Source: Promethearchaeota archaeon Loki_b32 | GTDB taxonomy: Archaea; Asgardarchaeota; Lokiarchaeia; Sigyniarchaeales; SOKP01 | Assembly (NCBI GenBank): GCA_005223125.1 | Contig: NJBH01000039.1 | Coordinates: forward strand, 1 to 32,968 | Length of the DNA stretch: 32,968 nt | Direction: 5' to 3' | In this document: positions 7,935 through 18,559 of the stretch, one piece after another | How positions within the stretch are numbered: the first letter of the stretch is position 1 | Layout of the letters: each line of letters opens with the position of its first letter | Notes under the pieces: generated by a model | What the model was told of the DNA's origin: nothing | Seen by the model: the letters and a program-made list of their open reading frames with translations, nothing else | The model's database searches: none | Position numbers and translations under genes: made by a program

Positions 7935-8927
7935 TTATAATCCCCGCATTATCTTTCTCAAACTTTCAACAATAAATGACAACCAGTAATTGTGAGAAAT
8001 AATAAAGTCCTGGGTTTTGATATATTCCTTAGTTTGACCCCCGAAGCCCTTTTTAAACAAGCTTAGTCCATACCAAGGGTGATTCTTTGCTTCGTCAGAT
8101 ACAATTCCCCAGAAATTAAATTTTTCACACCTCTTTTCTTTAGCTTTTTTAATAGCTTCCCAAAGAAGTAAATAAGAAACAGGAATTTTAGGATATTTTA
8201 AAGAAGAAGCTCCATGATGATAAAATCCAATCCCCTGCCAAAAAACAAAAATGCCGGAACTAACTATTTCCCCATTATGCTTTCCCAATAAAACTAAAAT
8301 CTGATTATCTTGAGAAAAAGCTTTAAATTCATTTTTCAAATAATTTAAAGGAAAAGGTATAAAATGCTGACGCGCTTTAGTTTGTTGATATAATTTATCA
8401 AATTCTTCAACATTATTCGTTTCAACAATTTCAACATTTTCTTTAATAGCTTTTTTAATTAAATAACGAGTTGTTTTTCGCATACTCTTTAACAACTCAT
8501 CTTCACTTAAAGTAATATCTAATTCCCATGTTAATTCTGGATGAACAAATGTAGACGCATTTCTAAAACCAAGCTTTTTAAACACAACCAATCCTGATTC
8601 TGTTATAGGAGCAATCCTAATATGGCTTACTTTCTCAACAACAGCCAAAGCTTTTAACTTTTTCATTAAAGTTTTTAAAACCAAAGCTTTAGCCCTTAAA
8701 ACAACAGGTCCATGAGGAATAAATAAGAAATCTCCTCTTTTAGCTTTAACTTTAATAATTAAAGCAACACCAATTAATTCATTATCATATACACCAAACC
8801 TCCATATCCTATCCCCCATCATCTTATTAAATTCCCCCCAATTCCAAGAATGAAGAAATGTTTTTTCTTCACATTTTTTTAAAAACTCTTCCCAAACATT
8901 TTTTTCAAAAATTTCTTTAATTTCCAT
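7935..8927 (-). CDS. FemABX-family peptidoglycan bridge aminoacyltransferase
   Basis: FLHSWNWGEF, IPHGPV, MRKTTRYLIKKA, FNFWGI...GLSLFKKGFGG. Confidence 0.92.
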   Translation of the reverse strand: MEIKEIFEKNVWEEFLKKCEEKTFLHSWNWGEFNKMMGDRIWRFGVYDNELIGVALIIKVKAKRGDFLFIPHGPVVLRAKALVLKTLMKKLKALAVVEKVSHIRIAPITESGLVVFKKLGFRNASTFVHPELTWELDITLSEDELLKSMRKTTRYLIKKAIKENVEIVETNNVEEFDKLYQQTKARQHFIPFPLNYLKNEFKAFSQDNQILVLLGKHNGEIVSSGIFVFWQGIGFYHHGASSLKYPKIPVSYLLLWEAIKKAKEKRCEKFNFWGIVSDEAKNHPWYGLSLFKKGFGGQTKEYIKTQDFIISHNYWLSFIVESLRKIMRGL

Positions 8928-10473
8928 AAATTAAATCTTTAATTTTTTTTGAAATTCTTCCTTCTAAAAGAATTACATTCTCAGAATTTAAAAAAGGTTT
9001 AATTTTTTCAAAAATTAATTCAGGATTTTCAATAAACACAACCTTATCACCCCCGCCTTTTTTAACATCATCAAACCTATCTTTAGTTGTAATAATTGCT
9101 AAATCACAAGTTTGAGCAATTTTCTCACCTACTTTTCTATGAATTTTGACTGAAGCACTGCCCAATTCAATTAAACAAGGCATAACAATAACTTTTTTAC
9201 CAGACCAAAACTTTAAATGATTTAAATGAGAAAACACACCATTAGGATTAGCTGAATAAGTAGAATCAATAACATTAACTCCATTAAAACCCCCAGAAAG
9301 TCTTGGATCAACAGCCTTAATATCTTCACAAGCTCTGGCAACCTCTTCCAAACTCATTCCCAATTCTTTTGCAACAGCGCTTACTAATAAAATGTTTTCT
9401 ATGTTTTCAACTCCTAAAACATCTACTTTAAACTGAGCTGAATTTTTGTCTTTAGAATTAATTCTAAAATTAACAGCTTCTTTTTTTACAAGCACATTCT
9501 TTGCCCAAAAATCTAATTCCTCTTTAACTGAACAAAGCAAAACATTACCAAACCCATGATCATAGTTTCTAATAATATCATTTGAAGCATTTAAAACTGC
9601 CAACCCGTTTTTAGGCAATGATTCAATTAATTCAAACTTAGTTTTAGTAATATTGTCCTGGCTTCCAAACAAAGCCATGTGCTGTTCATTAATACCAGTT
9701 AACACTCCTATTTTAGGTTTAGTAATATCACAAAGCAACTTTATTCCTCCACTGCCATATGCTCCCATCTCAACAATAAAAACTTCATGTTCAGCATTTA
9801 AATCATTTAAAATACACTGGCTTATCCCTACTTCTGAATTCTGATTTGCTTTTGTTTTTAAAACCTTGTACTTAGTCTCTAACACTTGAGCTAAAAACTC
9901 TTTACAAGATGTTTTCCCATAAGAACCAGTAATACCAATAACAATCAAATTTTTAAAGCTTTTTCTTTTTTCTTTTGCTTTTTTAATAATCCTGTTTCTT
10001 AACAACACTGTAATTGGCTGAAAAGCCAATACAATCACTGAAACAATTAAAGGAGTTAAAATATCAAACAACAATAAGCTTAAAATCAAATCTTTCCTGT
10101 AATAGAAAAAAACAACAAAAGAAATTAAAAAAATAACACTTACAATAATCAAAAAAACAGTTTTTACAGTAAAAACAGGTTTTTTAATTTTTTTCAAAAC
10201 TAAATCATAAAAAAACTTAGCTGATTCTAAAACATATATTATTAGCAATGCAATCTCACCAATAAAAAAAGAAATGGGGCAGAGAAAAAAAGGAATTAAA
10301 AACAATTTTAAAATCAAAACCTTGTTCAATAAAAGCTTTCTTCCCTTATAAGTTCTAAAATGATCAATAAACCTTCCAATATGGTATTCTTTAAGCTGCC
10401 ACAAATAAAGCCAAAACAAAAAAGCTTTAGTTTCGCGTATTAACCAGAGAAAACTAAGAAAAAAAACAATCAT
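8917..10473 (-). CDS. murF: MurF ligase with N-terminal transmembrane extension
   Basis: GITGSYGKT P-loop, VEMGA, IDSTYSANP, ELG...H; ~150-aa hydrophobic N-terminus. Confidence 0.85.
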   Translation of the reverse strand: MIVFFLSFLWLIRETKAFLFWLYLWQLKEYHIGRFIDHFRTYKGRKLLLNKVLILKLFLIPFFLCPISFFIGEIALLIIYVLESAKFFYDLVLKKIKKPVFTVKTVFLIIVSVIFLISFVVFFYYRKDLILSLLLFDILTPLIVSVIVLAFQPITVLLRNRIIKKAKEKRKSFKNLIVIGITGSYGKTSCKEFLAQVLETKYKVLKTKANQNSEVGISQCILNDLNAEHEVFIVEMGAYGSGGIKLLCDITKPKIGVLTGINEQHMALFGSQDNITKTKFELIESLPKNGLAVLNASNDIIRNYDHGFGNVLLCSVKEELDFWAKNVLVKKEAVNFRINSKDKNSAQFKVDVLGVENIENILLVSAVAKELGMSLEEVARACEDIKAVDPRLSGGFNGVNVIDSTYSANPNGVFSHLNHLKFWSGKKVIVMPCLIELGSASVKIHRKVGEKIAQTCDLAIITTKDRFDDVKKGGGDKVVFIENPELIFEKIKPFLNSENVILLEGRISKKIKDLIYGN

Positions 10474-10479
10474 GTTTTT

Positions 10480-11262
10480 TTAACTAGTTAAAAAACTAAC
10501 AATTATATTTGACAGCTTATCCGGCACTTCAACATGAGGACTATGGCCAACATCTTCTAAAAGTTCTAAAACAGAATCCTTGATTTGTTCTTTAAAAACA
10601 TATGAATACTTTACAGGAACCAGTTTATCTTTTTTGCCCCAAACAAGTAAAGTTTTTGTCTGAATTTCAGATAAACGAGGAAGCAAATCTTCATCAATGA
10701 TTTTTTTAATGATTTCTCTCATTACACCTTCTGCTTTTACATAATCTTTATGGCGTAAAAAAGAATAAAATATATTCCTGGCACCATCTTTAAACCTTGC
10801 TAAAATATGAGGAGAAAAAATAACATTACCAATATGAGCAGCATAAGCAATCATTGTATCTTTAAATCCTAATTTAGGCTTTATTCCAGCTGAATCACAA
10901 AGAATCAGATTCTTAACCACATTAGAATGATTGATGCTGAACTTAATTGCTATTCTTCCGCCAAAAGAATGTCCTAAAAGATAAAAATCCTTTAAATTCT
11001 GTGACTGAACAAATCCATTAAACCAGCTCATATAATTATCAACAGACCAAACACTTTTTGGGGTTTTACTTTTTCCAAAACCAGGAAAATCAGGACAAAC
11101 CACCCTGTATCCTTTATTAGATAATATTCCCATGACATCAGTCCAGGAATCAGATGAACTCCCCCAACCATGTAAAACCAAAATCACAGGACCTGATCCT
11201 GCAACTTTGTAATTAACTTCCAAATCATTAATTAGGATTGTTTTTTCTCCAATATTTTCCAT
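10480..11262 (-). CDS. Alpha/beta hydrolase
   Basis: LHGWG, DFPGFG, GHSFGG, WGKKD, GHSPH. Confidence 0.93.
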   Translation of the reverse strand: MENIGEKTILINDLEVNYKVAGSGPVILVLHGWGSSSDSWTDVMGILSNKGYRVVCPDFPGFGKSKTPKSVWSVDNYMSWFNGFVQSQNLKDFYLLGHSFGGRIAIKFSINHSNVVKNLILCDSAGIKPKLGFKDTMIAYAAHIGNVIFSPHILARFKDGARNIFYSFLRHKDYVKAEGVMREIIKKIIDEDLLPRLSEIQTKTLLVWGKKDKLVPVKYSYVFKEQIKDSVLELLEDVGHSPHVEVPDKLSNIIVSFLTS

Positions 11263-11270
11263 AGATAAAC

Positions 11271-12530
11271 TTAACCAATTTTTTTAAATCCAGTATATTT
11301 CTGAAGCACCTTAGGTACTTCTATGCTTCCGTCTTTTTGCTGATAATTCTCAATAATAGCAATTATTGTTCTTCCAATAGCTACAGCAGTACCGTTTAAA
11401 GTATGAACAAAATTCAATTTATTTGATTTGTCCTTATAACGGATATTTAATCTTCTGGCCTGAAAATCAGTGCAATTAGAAGTAGAATGAGTTTCTCGAT
11501 AACGCTTCTGAGATGGAATCCAAACCTCAATATCATATTTTGAAGCTGCTGGATCACCTAAATCACCTGTGCACATCTGAACAACCCTGTAAGGAAGTTT
11601 TAATGCCTGCATAAATTTCTCTTCTAAAGATAGCAGATACTGATGCTCTTTAACAGATTCTTCAGGCCTACAGAACATAAACATTTCTACTTTATCAAAC
11701 TGATGAACCCTGAAAATTCCTTTAGTATCCTTACCATAAGAACCAGCTTCTCTTCTAAAGCATGGTGAAAAAGCAACGTATCTTTTAGGTAATTCTTTAT
11801 CATTAAAAGTTTCATTGGCATGCATTGGACCAATAATCTGCTCTGAGGTGCCAATCAAATAAAGCTTGTCTTTTTCAATATGATAAATCTCATCACCCCC
11901 TCTTTCAACATAACCCATGCCTTTCATCATTTCTGGCCTTATTAAAACAGGAGGAATAACAGGAGTGAATTTTTCTTTTTTTAATTCATCAAGCAAAAAA
12001 TTGACCATTGCAAGTTCTAAAAAAACAGCTTCATTTTTTAAAAAACCAAACCTAGTGCCAGATGTTTTAGCAGCACGCTTAACATCAATTAAATCAAGTT
12101 TTTCAGCAATCTCTAAATAATCCTTGAATTTAAAATCAAACTTAGTTTTTTTACCAACCTCTTTTACAACTACATTTTCTGATTCATCTTTTCCAACAGG
12201 AATATCATCAAAAGCAGGATTAGGAACCTGAAGCATTAACTCATTAAACTCTTTTTCAAGCTCTTTTAAGTTTTCATCTAATTTATCATTATTCCTATCA
12301 AGCTTTCTCATTTCCAGTATTATCTTTTCTTTTTCCTTCTTATCTTTTGTTCTAACTATGTCTTTTGAGGCCTTGTTCTTTTTAGCCTTCATATCCTCTA
12401 AGGCCTGTAAAAGTTCTATTCTTTTTTTATCCACTTTCAAAAGTTTGTCAATATCAACTTTAACCTGTTTATCTTTACAGGCTTTTTTTACTTTATCAGG
12501 ATTTTGACGAATAAATTTAATATCTAGCAT
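11271..12530 (-). CDS. serS: Serine--tRNA ligase
   Basis: MLDIKFIR, GTSE, FRREAGSYGKDTKGIFRVHQFDKVE, HTLNGT. Confidence 0.98.
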   Translation of the reverse strand: MLDIKFIRQNPDKVKKACKDKQVKVDIDKLLKVDKKRIELLQALEDMKAKKNKASKDIVRTKDKKEKEKIILEMRKLDRNNDKLDENLKELEKEFNELMLQVPNPAFDDIPVGKDESENVVVKEVGKKTKFDFKFKDYLEIAEKLDLIDVKRAAKTSGTRFGFLKNEAVFLELAMVNFLLDELKKEKFTPVIPPVLIRPEMMKGMGYVERGGDEIYHIEKDKLYLIGTSEQIIGPMHANETFNDKELPKRYVAFSPCFRREAGSYGKDTKGIFRVHQFDKVEMFMFCRPEESVKEHQYLLSLEEKFMQALKLPYRVVQMCTGDLGDPAASKYDIEVWIPSQKRYRETHSTSNCTDFQARRLNIRYKDKSNKLNFVHTLNGTAVAIGRTIIAIIENYQQKDGSIEVPKVLQKYTGFKKIG

Positions 12531-12531
12531 A

Positions 12532-13998
12532 TTATTTTTTAGGCTTCATAGTTGGAAACAATATTACTTCCCGCAAAGCATGTGAATCAGTTAGTAAAAC
12601 TACCAACCTGTCAATTCCTAAACCAAATCCTGCTGCTGGAGGCATACCATATTCCATTGCTTCTAAATAATCATTATCTATTCTTTGAGCTTCTTCAAAG
12701 CCTTGTTTGAATAACTTCTCCTGCTCTTCAAATCTCTTGCGCTGTTCAATTGGATCATTTAATTCAGAAAAAGCATTTAAAAGCTCTGCTCCTCCAACAA
12801 CTAACTGAAAATTAGCTAATTTTTCTGAATCTTTTTCTAAAGATTTAGCCAGGGGCTGAAATCCTTTTGGATAATGAATAACAAAGGTTGGTTTAATTAT
12901 TTTAGGACGACAAACTTTAGCAAATATCTCATCAGCAATTTCAGCCTTAGGAGTTCCTTTTTCAATATCCAAACCCATTTTTTTAGCTTTTTTTGCTAAA
13001 GCTGTTTCATTTATTTCTTCTAAATCAATACCAGTTGTTTTTTTGAAAAACTGATAAAATTCAATCCGTTTCCAAGGAGCTTTGAAATTAATTTTTTTCC
13101 CATCATAAGTTATTTCTAACTTATTAAACACTTTTTTAAGAACATAAGAAAACATTTGTTCAGTTAATTTCATCAGGTCTTTGTAATCAGCATAAGCCCA
13201 GTAAAATTCTAAGATTGTAAAATCAGGATTATGATACCTATCAACACCTTCATTCCTAAAACATTTGCCAATTTCATAAACTTTTTCAAAACCTCCAACT
13301 AATAATCTTTTCAAATAAAGTTCAGGAGCAATACGCAAATACAGATCCATATTCATTGCATTTAAATGAGTTTTAAAAGGTTTAGCTCTTGCTCCCCCAT
13401 AAATAGGTTGTAAAATAGGAGTTTCAACTCCTAAAAACCCTTCTCCTTCTAAAAACTCTCTTAAAGATTTAATAATCAAAGAACGAATCTCAAACTTCTT
13501 TTTAACATCTTCATTAAAAATCAAATCAAGATACCTTTTCCTGAATCTTTCCTCAACATCTTTTAAGCCATGCCACTTTTCAGGCAAAGGCAGCAAGCTT
13601 TTAGCCAGCATATGAAAATCAGCCGCTTCAATCGTTTTTTCACCTTTTTTTGTTTTAAACAATACCCCCCTTACTTCAATAAAATCACCCAAATCAAAAT
13701 TATCCAAAAAAAACTTATACGCCTTCTCCCCTAGCCTGTCTTTTTTAAAATAGCCCTGGATCCTGCCAGTTCCATCTTCAATATGAATAAACGTTGAACC
13801 GCCATGAATTCTTAACAACCTTATTCTTCCCACTAAAACTATTTCTTTTTTTGAACGAACAAAAGAAGTAAAGCTTTTTAAAACTTCAGCTATTTTATGA
13901 GTTCTTTTTGTAAAAGCAGGATAAGGTAAAAACCCAAAGTTTCTGATTCTTTCCAGCTTTTTTAACCTATTTTTCCTAATATTGTCTTTGGTAGCCAT
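12532..13998 (-). CDS. lysS: Lysine--tRNA ligase (class II)
   Basis: LPLPEKWHGL, RYLDLI, LRIAPELYLKRL, FRNEG, YGMPP...GIDRL. Confidence 0.98.
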   Translation of the reverse strand: MATKDNIRKNRLKKLERIRNFGFLPYPAFTKRTHKIAEVLKSFTSFVRSKKEIVLVGRIRLLRIHGGSTFIHIEDGTGRIQGYFKKDRLGEKAYKFFLDNFDLGDFIEVRGVLFKTKKGEKTIEAADFHMLAKSLLPLPEKWHGLKDVEERFRKRYLDLIFNEDVKKKFEIRSLIIKSLREFLEGEGFLGVETPILQPIYGGARAKPFKTHLNAMNMDLYLRIAPELYLKRLLVGGFEKVYEIGKCFRNEGVDRYHNPDFTILEFYWAYADYKDLMKLTEQMFSYVLKKVFNKLEITYDGKKINFKAPWKRIEFYQFFKKTTGIDLEEINETALAKKAKKMGLDIEKGTPKAEIADEIFAKVCRPKIIKPTFVIHYPKGFQPLAKSLEKDSEKLANFQLVVGGAELLNAFSELNDPIEQRKRFEEQEKLFKQGFEEAQRIDNDYLEAMEYGMPPAAGFGLGIDRLVVLLTDSHALREVILFPTMKPKK

Positions 13999-14039
13999 AA
14001 ATCTATTTTAAAGATTTTTAAGCTTATAGTAAAGTATTT

Positions 14040-15977
14040 TCACCTTGAAAAATACCAATTCAAAACTTCATAAGCAACTGGCAAGGTAGCTGCCCTTACC
14101 CCTTCAACATCCTCAATCATAATAGTTATCAGTATTTCAGGATCATCGTAAGGAGCAAAAACAGTTGCCCAGTTATGATATAAGTCCTCTCTCGGCGTTT
14201 CAGCTGTTCCGGTTTTAACAGCAGCTGAAACTGGCAAAGAACTTAAAAACATTGCTGAAGCATGAGGGCTGTTATAACCAGTTACAGCCTGCCTCATCCC
14301 CTCTCTCACAACCTGAATATTCTCAATATCAATAAAATCTTCTTTAATAATTTCCGGCTCTATTTCTTCTATCAATTCCGCTGTTTCACTGTTAATGATT
14401 TTTTTAACAACCTGAGGCTTAAACATCTTGCCATTATTAGCAATCGGCAAAAAGCTAGTAACAACCTCTATCGGAGTAATTTGAAGATAACCCTGGCCAA
14501 TGGAAAGATGATATGTGTCACCATCCCACCATCCCTGGCCTAAAACTCTTTTTTTCCATTCTTTATCAGGAATAAAACCATTAACTTCTCCAGGAATATC
14601 AATCCCTGTTTTATCCTGCCAGCCAAACATTTGTAAATACTTTTTAATTCTTGTCGGGCCTAATCCGTCTTGTTCTTTATAACCGCCGCCCAACCTGTAA
14701 AAATAAACATTGCAGGATTCAGCCAAAGCTTTTCTCATATCAGTATAGCCATGGGCTCTCAAGTCTTTATACTCCCAAACCACTTCAGGAGTCCAAAGAT
14801 CCTCAACAATAATGCTTCCATGACAATTAATGTATTTACCAGGACTAATAATCTTCTCCTCTAAACCTGCTAAAGCGATTAATGGTTTAATCGTGGAGCC
14901 AGTTACATAACGGCCAGAAATAACCCGGTTAAAAAGAGGTTTATTTTCATCGTTCAAAATCTTTTCGATACTAGAAGATTCACCTTTTGAAAAAACGTTA
15001 TTATCAAAAGAAGGTAAAGATACTAAACTTAAAATTCCTCCGGTTTTAGGATCCAAGGCAATAACCACGCCTTTCTTGCTCCCAACCTCATAAAGCTTGT
15101 TTTCCAACACTTCTTTAACTTTTTTCTGCAAATCAGAATCAAGCCATAAAACCAAGCTTTTGCCTGATTCTGGAAGAGCCTCTGTTTCCTGCGACAATAT
15201 GTTTCCCAGCGCATCCCTTTCAATTTTAACCTTACCTGGACTTTTCCTAAGAATATCCTCATAATAATTCTCCAAACCATCTCTTCCAACATAGTCTAAA
15301 ATTGAATAAAACTCTGGAGATCCTTCAAGCTCTTTTCTTTTAATCTTGCCCATATAGCCCATTAAATGAGCAAAAACTTCCCCGTCTTCATAATCCCTTG
15401 TTGATGTTTTCCTTATTTCAAACCCAGTTAATTCATTAATTTTAGTTTGTAGAATAATTAGTTTTTCACGTTCTAGATTAACAGAGACATAAACCAAAGA
15501 ATCTGTGCTGGACGCAATCTCATTTCTCAACCCTTCATAATCCTTTTCTAAAATCCTAGCAACCTCTTTTAAAACCTTATCCTCTTCCTCTTTAGACTGC
15601 TCAAGGCTTTCTTTATCATAAATCAAATCAAACTGAGGAATATTAAAAACCAATTGCTTTAAATTCTTATCATAAATTACCCCTCTTTCTGCCTCAATGC
15701 TTTGAATTATAAATTTATTTTCAACAGCCTGGGCTAAATAACTTTCCCCCTCAAGAACTTGAAGCTGGAATGTTTTAAAAAACAAAACCAGCATTATTAA
15801 AAACAAAACAACCAAAAATCCTGTTAAAGTCTTTTCCAAAAGAGGAACATTAACCCTTTTAATTGAAACACCCCACTCTTCCTCCTTTTCCCTGGCTAGC
15901 TTGTCTAATATAATCTCATGAGGCTCAATATCCCTTCTTTGCTTAAATTTTATCCTCCTTTTAAATCTGCCAAACAT
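14040..15977 (-). CDS. mrdA: Penicillin-binding protein 2
   Basis: TM anchor, RGVIYD, STIK (SxxK), SCN (SxN), KTGT; follows mreCD. Confidence 0.93.
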   Translation of the reverse strand: MFGRFKRRIKFKQRRDIEPHEIILDKLAREKEEEWGVSIKRVNVPLLEKTLTGFLVVLFLIMLVLFFKTFQLQVLEGESYLAQAVENKFIIQSIEAERGVIYDKNLKQLVFNIPQFDLIYDKESLEQSKEEEDKVLKEVARILEKDYEGLRNEIASSTDSLVYVSVNLEREKLIILQTKINELTGFEIRKTSTRDYEDGEVFAHLMGYMGKIKRKELEGSPEFYSILDYVGRDGLENYYEDILRKSPGKVKIERDALGNILSQETEALPESGKSLVLWLDSDLQKKVKEVLENKLYEVGSKKGVVIALDPKTGGILSLVSLPSFDNNVFSKGESSSIEKILNDENKPLFNRVISGRYVTGSTIKPLIALAGLEEKIISPGKYINCHGSIIVEDLWTPEVVWEYKDLRAHGYTDMRKALAESCNVYFYRLGGGYKEQDGLGPTRIKKYLQMFGWQDKTGIDIPGEVNGFIPDKEWKKRVLGQGWWDGDTYHLSIGQGYLQITPIEVVTSFLPIANNGKMFKPQVVKKIINSETAELIEEIEPEIIKEDFIDIENIQVVREGMRQAVTGYNSPHASAMFLSSLPVSAAVKTGTAETPREDLYHNWATVFAPYDDPEILITIMIEDVEGVRAATLPVAYEVLNWYFSR

Positions 15978-16251
15978 ATCTTTTAAAAATGAATTTCATA
16001 AAAATTGAAATGAAAAAAGAAATTAAAACATAATAACCAATATAACTGCTAAAAAATACATCTAAAAAAAATCCGCCAATCAGGCTTGAAATAATACCAA
16101 AATTATTTTTCTGTTTTTCAAAAAGATTAATTAAAACCACTGCTATCAAAACAAAATTTGGAACATAATTTGAAAAATGAACAAAAAAACTACTTTGAAG
16201 CAAAACTAGAAAATAAAACCCAATAATTACAAAAACAATCTTTTTAATCAT
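15961..16251 (-). CDS. mreD: Rod shape protein MreD (short)
   Basis: Hydrophobic, LLQSS...PNFVL...GGFFLD; between mreC and mrdA. Confidence 0.75.
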   Translation of the reverse strand: MIKKIVFVIIGFYFLVLLQSSFFVHFSNYVPNFVLIAVVLINLFEKQKNNFGIISSLIGGFFLDVFFSSYIGYYVLISFFISIFMKFIFKRYVWQI

Positions 16252-17101
16252 TCGAAGTAAAATCTTTGATAATAAATATATCTCTTAAATCTTTGATCTC
16301 AAAGCTAAGTTTTGCTTCAGCCTGCTGAAAAGCTGCTGTGTCTGATTTTTTAATATTTTTAACTTCTCCTACTAAAAGAGCTTTTGGGAAATTACCTCCT
16401 AAAGCGCTGGTAATCACCTTGTCCCCAATATCAATTTCTTCTTCCTTAGCAATTAAATCAAGAAGAATCTCAGAATTACCTTTTCCTTTTGCCAAACTAT
16501 AAATATCTTTCTCAAAAATCTCAATGTCAAAAGAGCTGTTTTTTGAACTCAAGAGCTCTACTATTGAAATGCTTTCATAAACTTCAGTTATTTTACCTAT
16601 CAAAACTTTATTTTCAGTAATTACCGGAAAACCAGACCTTATTCCACTATTAAACCCTTTGTTAATTATCAAATAATCATCTGAAGCTTCTTTTCCGATC
16701 ACTTGCGCCATTTCTAAATCAAATTCTTTTTCCAGACCCAGCCCTAAAGCTGTTCTTAAAATCTCGTTTTCTCTTTTTAATCCCTCCAGTTCTATATTCT
16801 CACTTATTAAGTCTTGATTCTGCGCTTTTAAAAATTCATTTTCTTGTTTTAAGTCTTCTGCTTTTAAGATTGAGCTGAAAAAACCAGAGGTGTTAGAGCC
16901 TTTTTCCCACAACCAAAGCTGAATAGGACTAGATATTGAATAAAAAAAATCCTTAATCCCCCTTGAAAACGGAGATAAATTTAAGATAAAAATGGCAATA
17001 ATAATAAAAATTATTATTCCGATTCTAAAACCCATGCCCTGGCCCAATAATCGAGAAAAAGAATTATTGTTATTATTTCCAAATTTTCTGTTTAATCTCA
17101 T
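16244..17101 (-). CDS. mreC: Rod shape protein MreC
   Basis: TM, coiled coil (LKRENEILR), INKG, GDKVITSALGGNFP. Confidence 0.92.
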   Translation of the reverse strand: MRLNRKFGNNNNNSFSRLLGQGMGFRIGIIIFIIIAIFILNLSPFSRGIKDFFYSISSPIQLWLWEKGSNTSGFFSSILKAEDLKQENEFLKAQNQDLISENIELEGLKRENEILRTALGLGLEKEFDLEMAQVIGKEASDDYLIINKGFNSGIRSGFPVITENKVLIGKITEVYESISIVELLSSKNSSFDIEIFEKDIYSLAKGKGNSEILLDLIAKEEEIDIGDKVITSALGGNFPKALLVGEVKNIKKSDTAAFQQAEAKLSFEIKDLRDIFIIKDFTSND

Positions 17102-17161
17102 TAATTCATCTTATAACAAAACACATCTTAAAGTAAAACTTATTCAATCAAAAAAGGCGCT

Positions 17162-17275
17162 TTAGCGGCGGCTACCTACTTTCGCGGGCAACCCACTATC
17201 ATCGGCCTTGGCATATTTCACTTCTGTGTTCGAAATGGGAACAGGTGGAACAATACCAGTATAGCCGCCACTAAA
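17162..17275 (-). rRNA. rrf: 5S rRNA
   Basis: Minus strand CACCTGTTCCCATTTCGAACACAGAAGTGAA...GCCGATGATAGT...GAAAGTAGGT; complementary termini. Ends approximate. Confidence 0.95.
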
Positions 17276-17704
17276 ACGCCTTTTAAGAATTTTAAGCTAA
17301 TGGCTTCGTAAAATTTTAGAGGACAAGATATTGATTTATTAGTACTGCTCGGCTAAATAGGTTGCCCTACTTACACCTACAGCCTATCAACCTCATCATC
17401 TTTGAGGAATCTAATAACGAGTCCTAATCTTGGAGTGGGTTTCGTACTTAGATGCTTTCAGTACTTATCCCTTCCCAACATAGCTACCCAGCGATGCTCC
17501 TGGCGGAACAACTGGTACACTAGAGGTTAGTTCAATCCGATCCTCTCGTACTAGGATCAAATCTCCTCAAGACTCTGCGCCTGCGGTAGAGAGAGACCGA
17601 CCTGTCTTACGACGGTCTGAACCCAGCTCGCGAACCACTTTAATGGACGAACAGTCCAACCCTTGGAAGCTTCTCCGCCTCCAGGATGTGACGAGCCGAC
17701 ATCG

Positions 17705-18020
17705 CTGTCAATTTTTCTTCTGTTACCAGAAGGTTCGGACTATATCTTCACCCTTCTAAATCGATTAAAGAAGGGGCTGGCGTATTAGCTCTCATCTAAA
17801 TCAAGATTTTACAATCTTGTCAGAGAACTCCGATCTATATAGATCAAGTCTCTACGAGGTTATAACTCAATTTATCTCTACTATCAATATCGATTCTTGG
17901 AATTGAGTTAAACTTCCCACGGTATTGTCCACATATAAGGTTCAATATATATGGAGTTCACCGTTATAAGCCAGATTTTTTATATGGCATTACTGCCATA
18001 GCACCCCGATTTTTAAATTA
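17705..18020 (-). ncRNA. Group I intron at 23S L2500 (E. coli numbering), ORF-less, 316 nt
   Basis: Interrupts GGCACCU^CGAUG; ends in G; guide GGGUGC pairs with the 5' exon via U-G; core GUAGAGACU and AAGAUAUAGUCC. Confidence 0.92.
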
Positions 18021-18559
18021 AGGTGCCGAACAGGGCCGTTGATATGGACTCGCGGGCCCTACTAGCCTGTTATCCCTAGGGTAACTTTTATCTGATGATC
18101 TCCGGCGGTCCTACAAACCACCGTCGGTTCACTAAGCCCCGGTTTCCCGACAGTTCGCGACATTCTGCTCACTGTAAAGCTGGCATATGGCTTTGCCCTA
18201 AACGTACGATTTCCATCCGTACTTAGCCAACCTTTGGACGCCTCCGCTACTTTTTAGGAGGCAAGTGCCCCACTTAAACTGCCCGCCAGACACTGTCTCG
18301 CGTAAAACGCGATTAGAATCAAAGTTTTGAAAGAAGGGTGTTTCATTGGCGACTCCATCCTGTCCGAAAACAGGATTTCAAAGTCTACCCTCTACGCTAC
18401 GCATCCAAAACAAAAACTCAATATCAGGGTACAGTAAAGCTCCTAGGGTCTTTTCGTCTAGCCGCAGGTAGGGGGCATCTTCACCCCCATTGTATTTTCA
18501 CCGGGCTCCTCGTTGAGACAGTTCTCTAGTCGTTGAGCCTTTCATGCGGGCCGGAACTT

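Noticed and set aside
4246-15292. Short nested ORFs (4246, 7512, 9653, 11917, 14262, 14670, 15029)
   Set aside because: Fully contained within well-supported genes.
17063-17077. Poly-Asn in the MreC N-terminus (also the poly-Gly linker near 27475-27498)
   Set aside because: Mixed codons, low complexity; no sign of a phase-variable tract.
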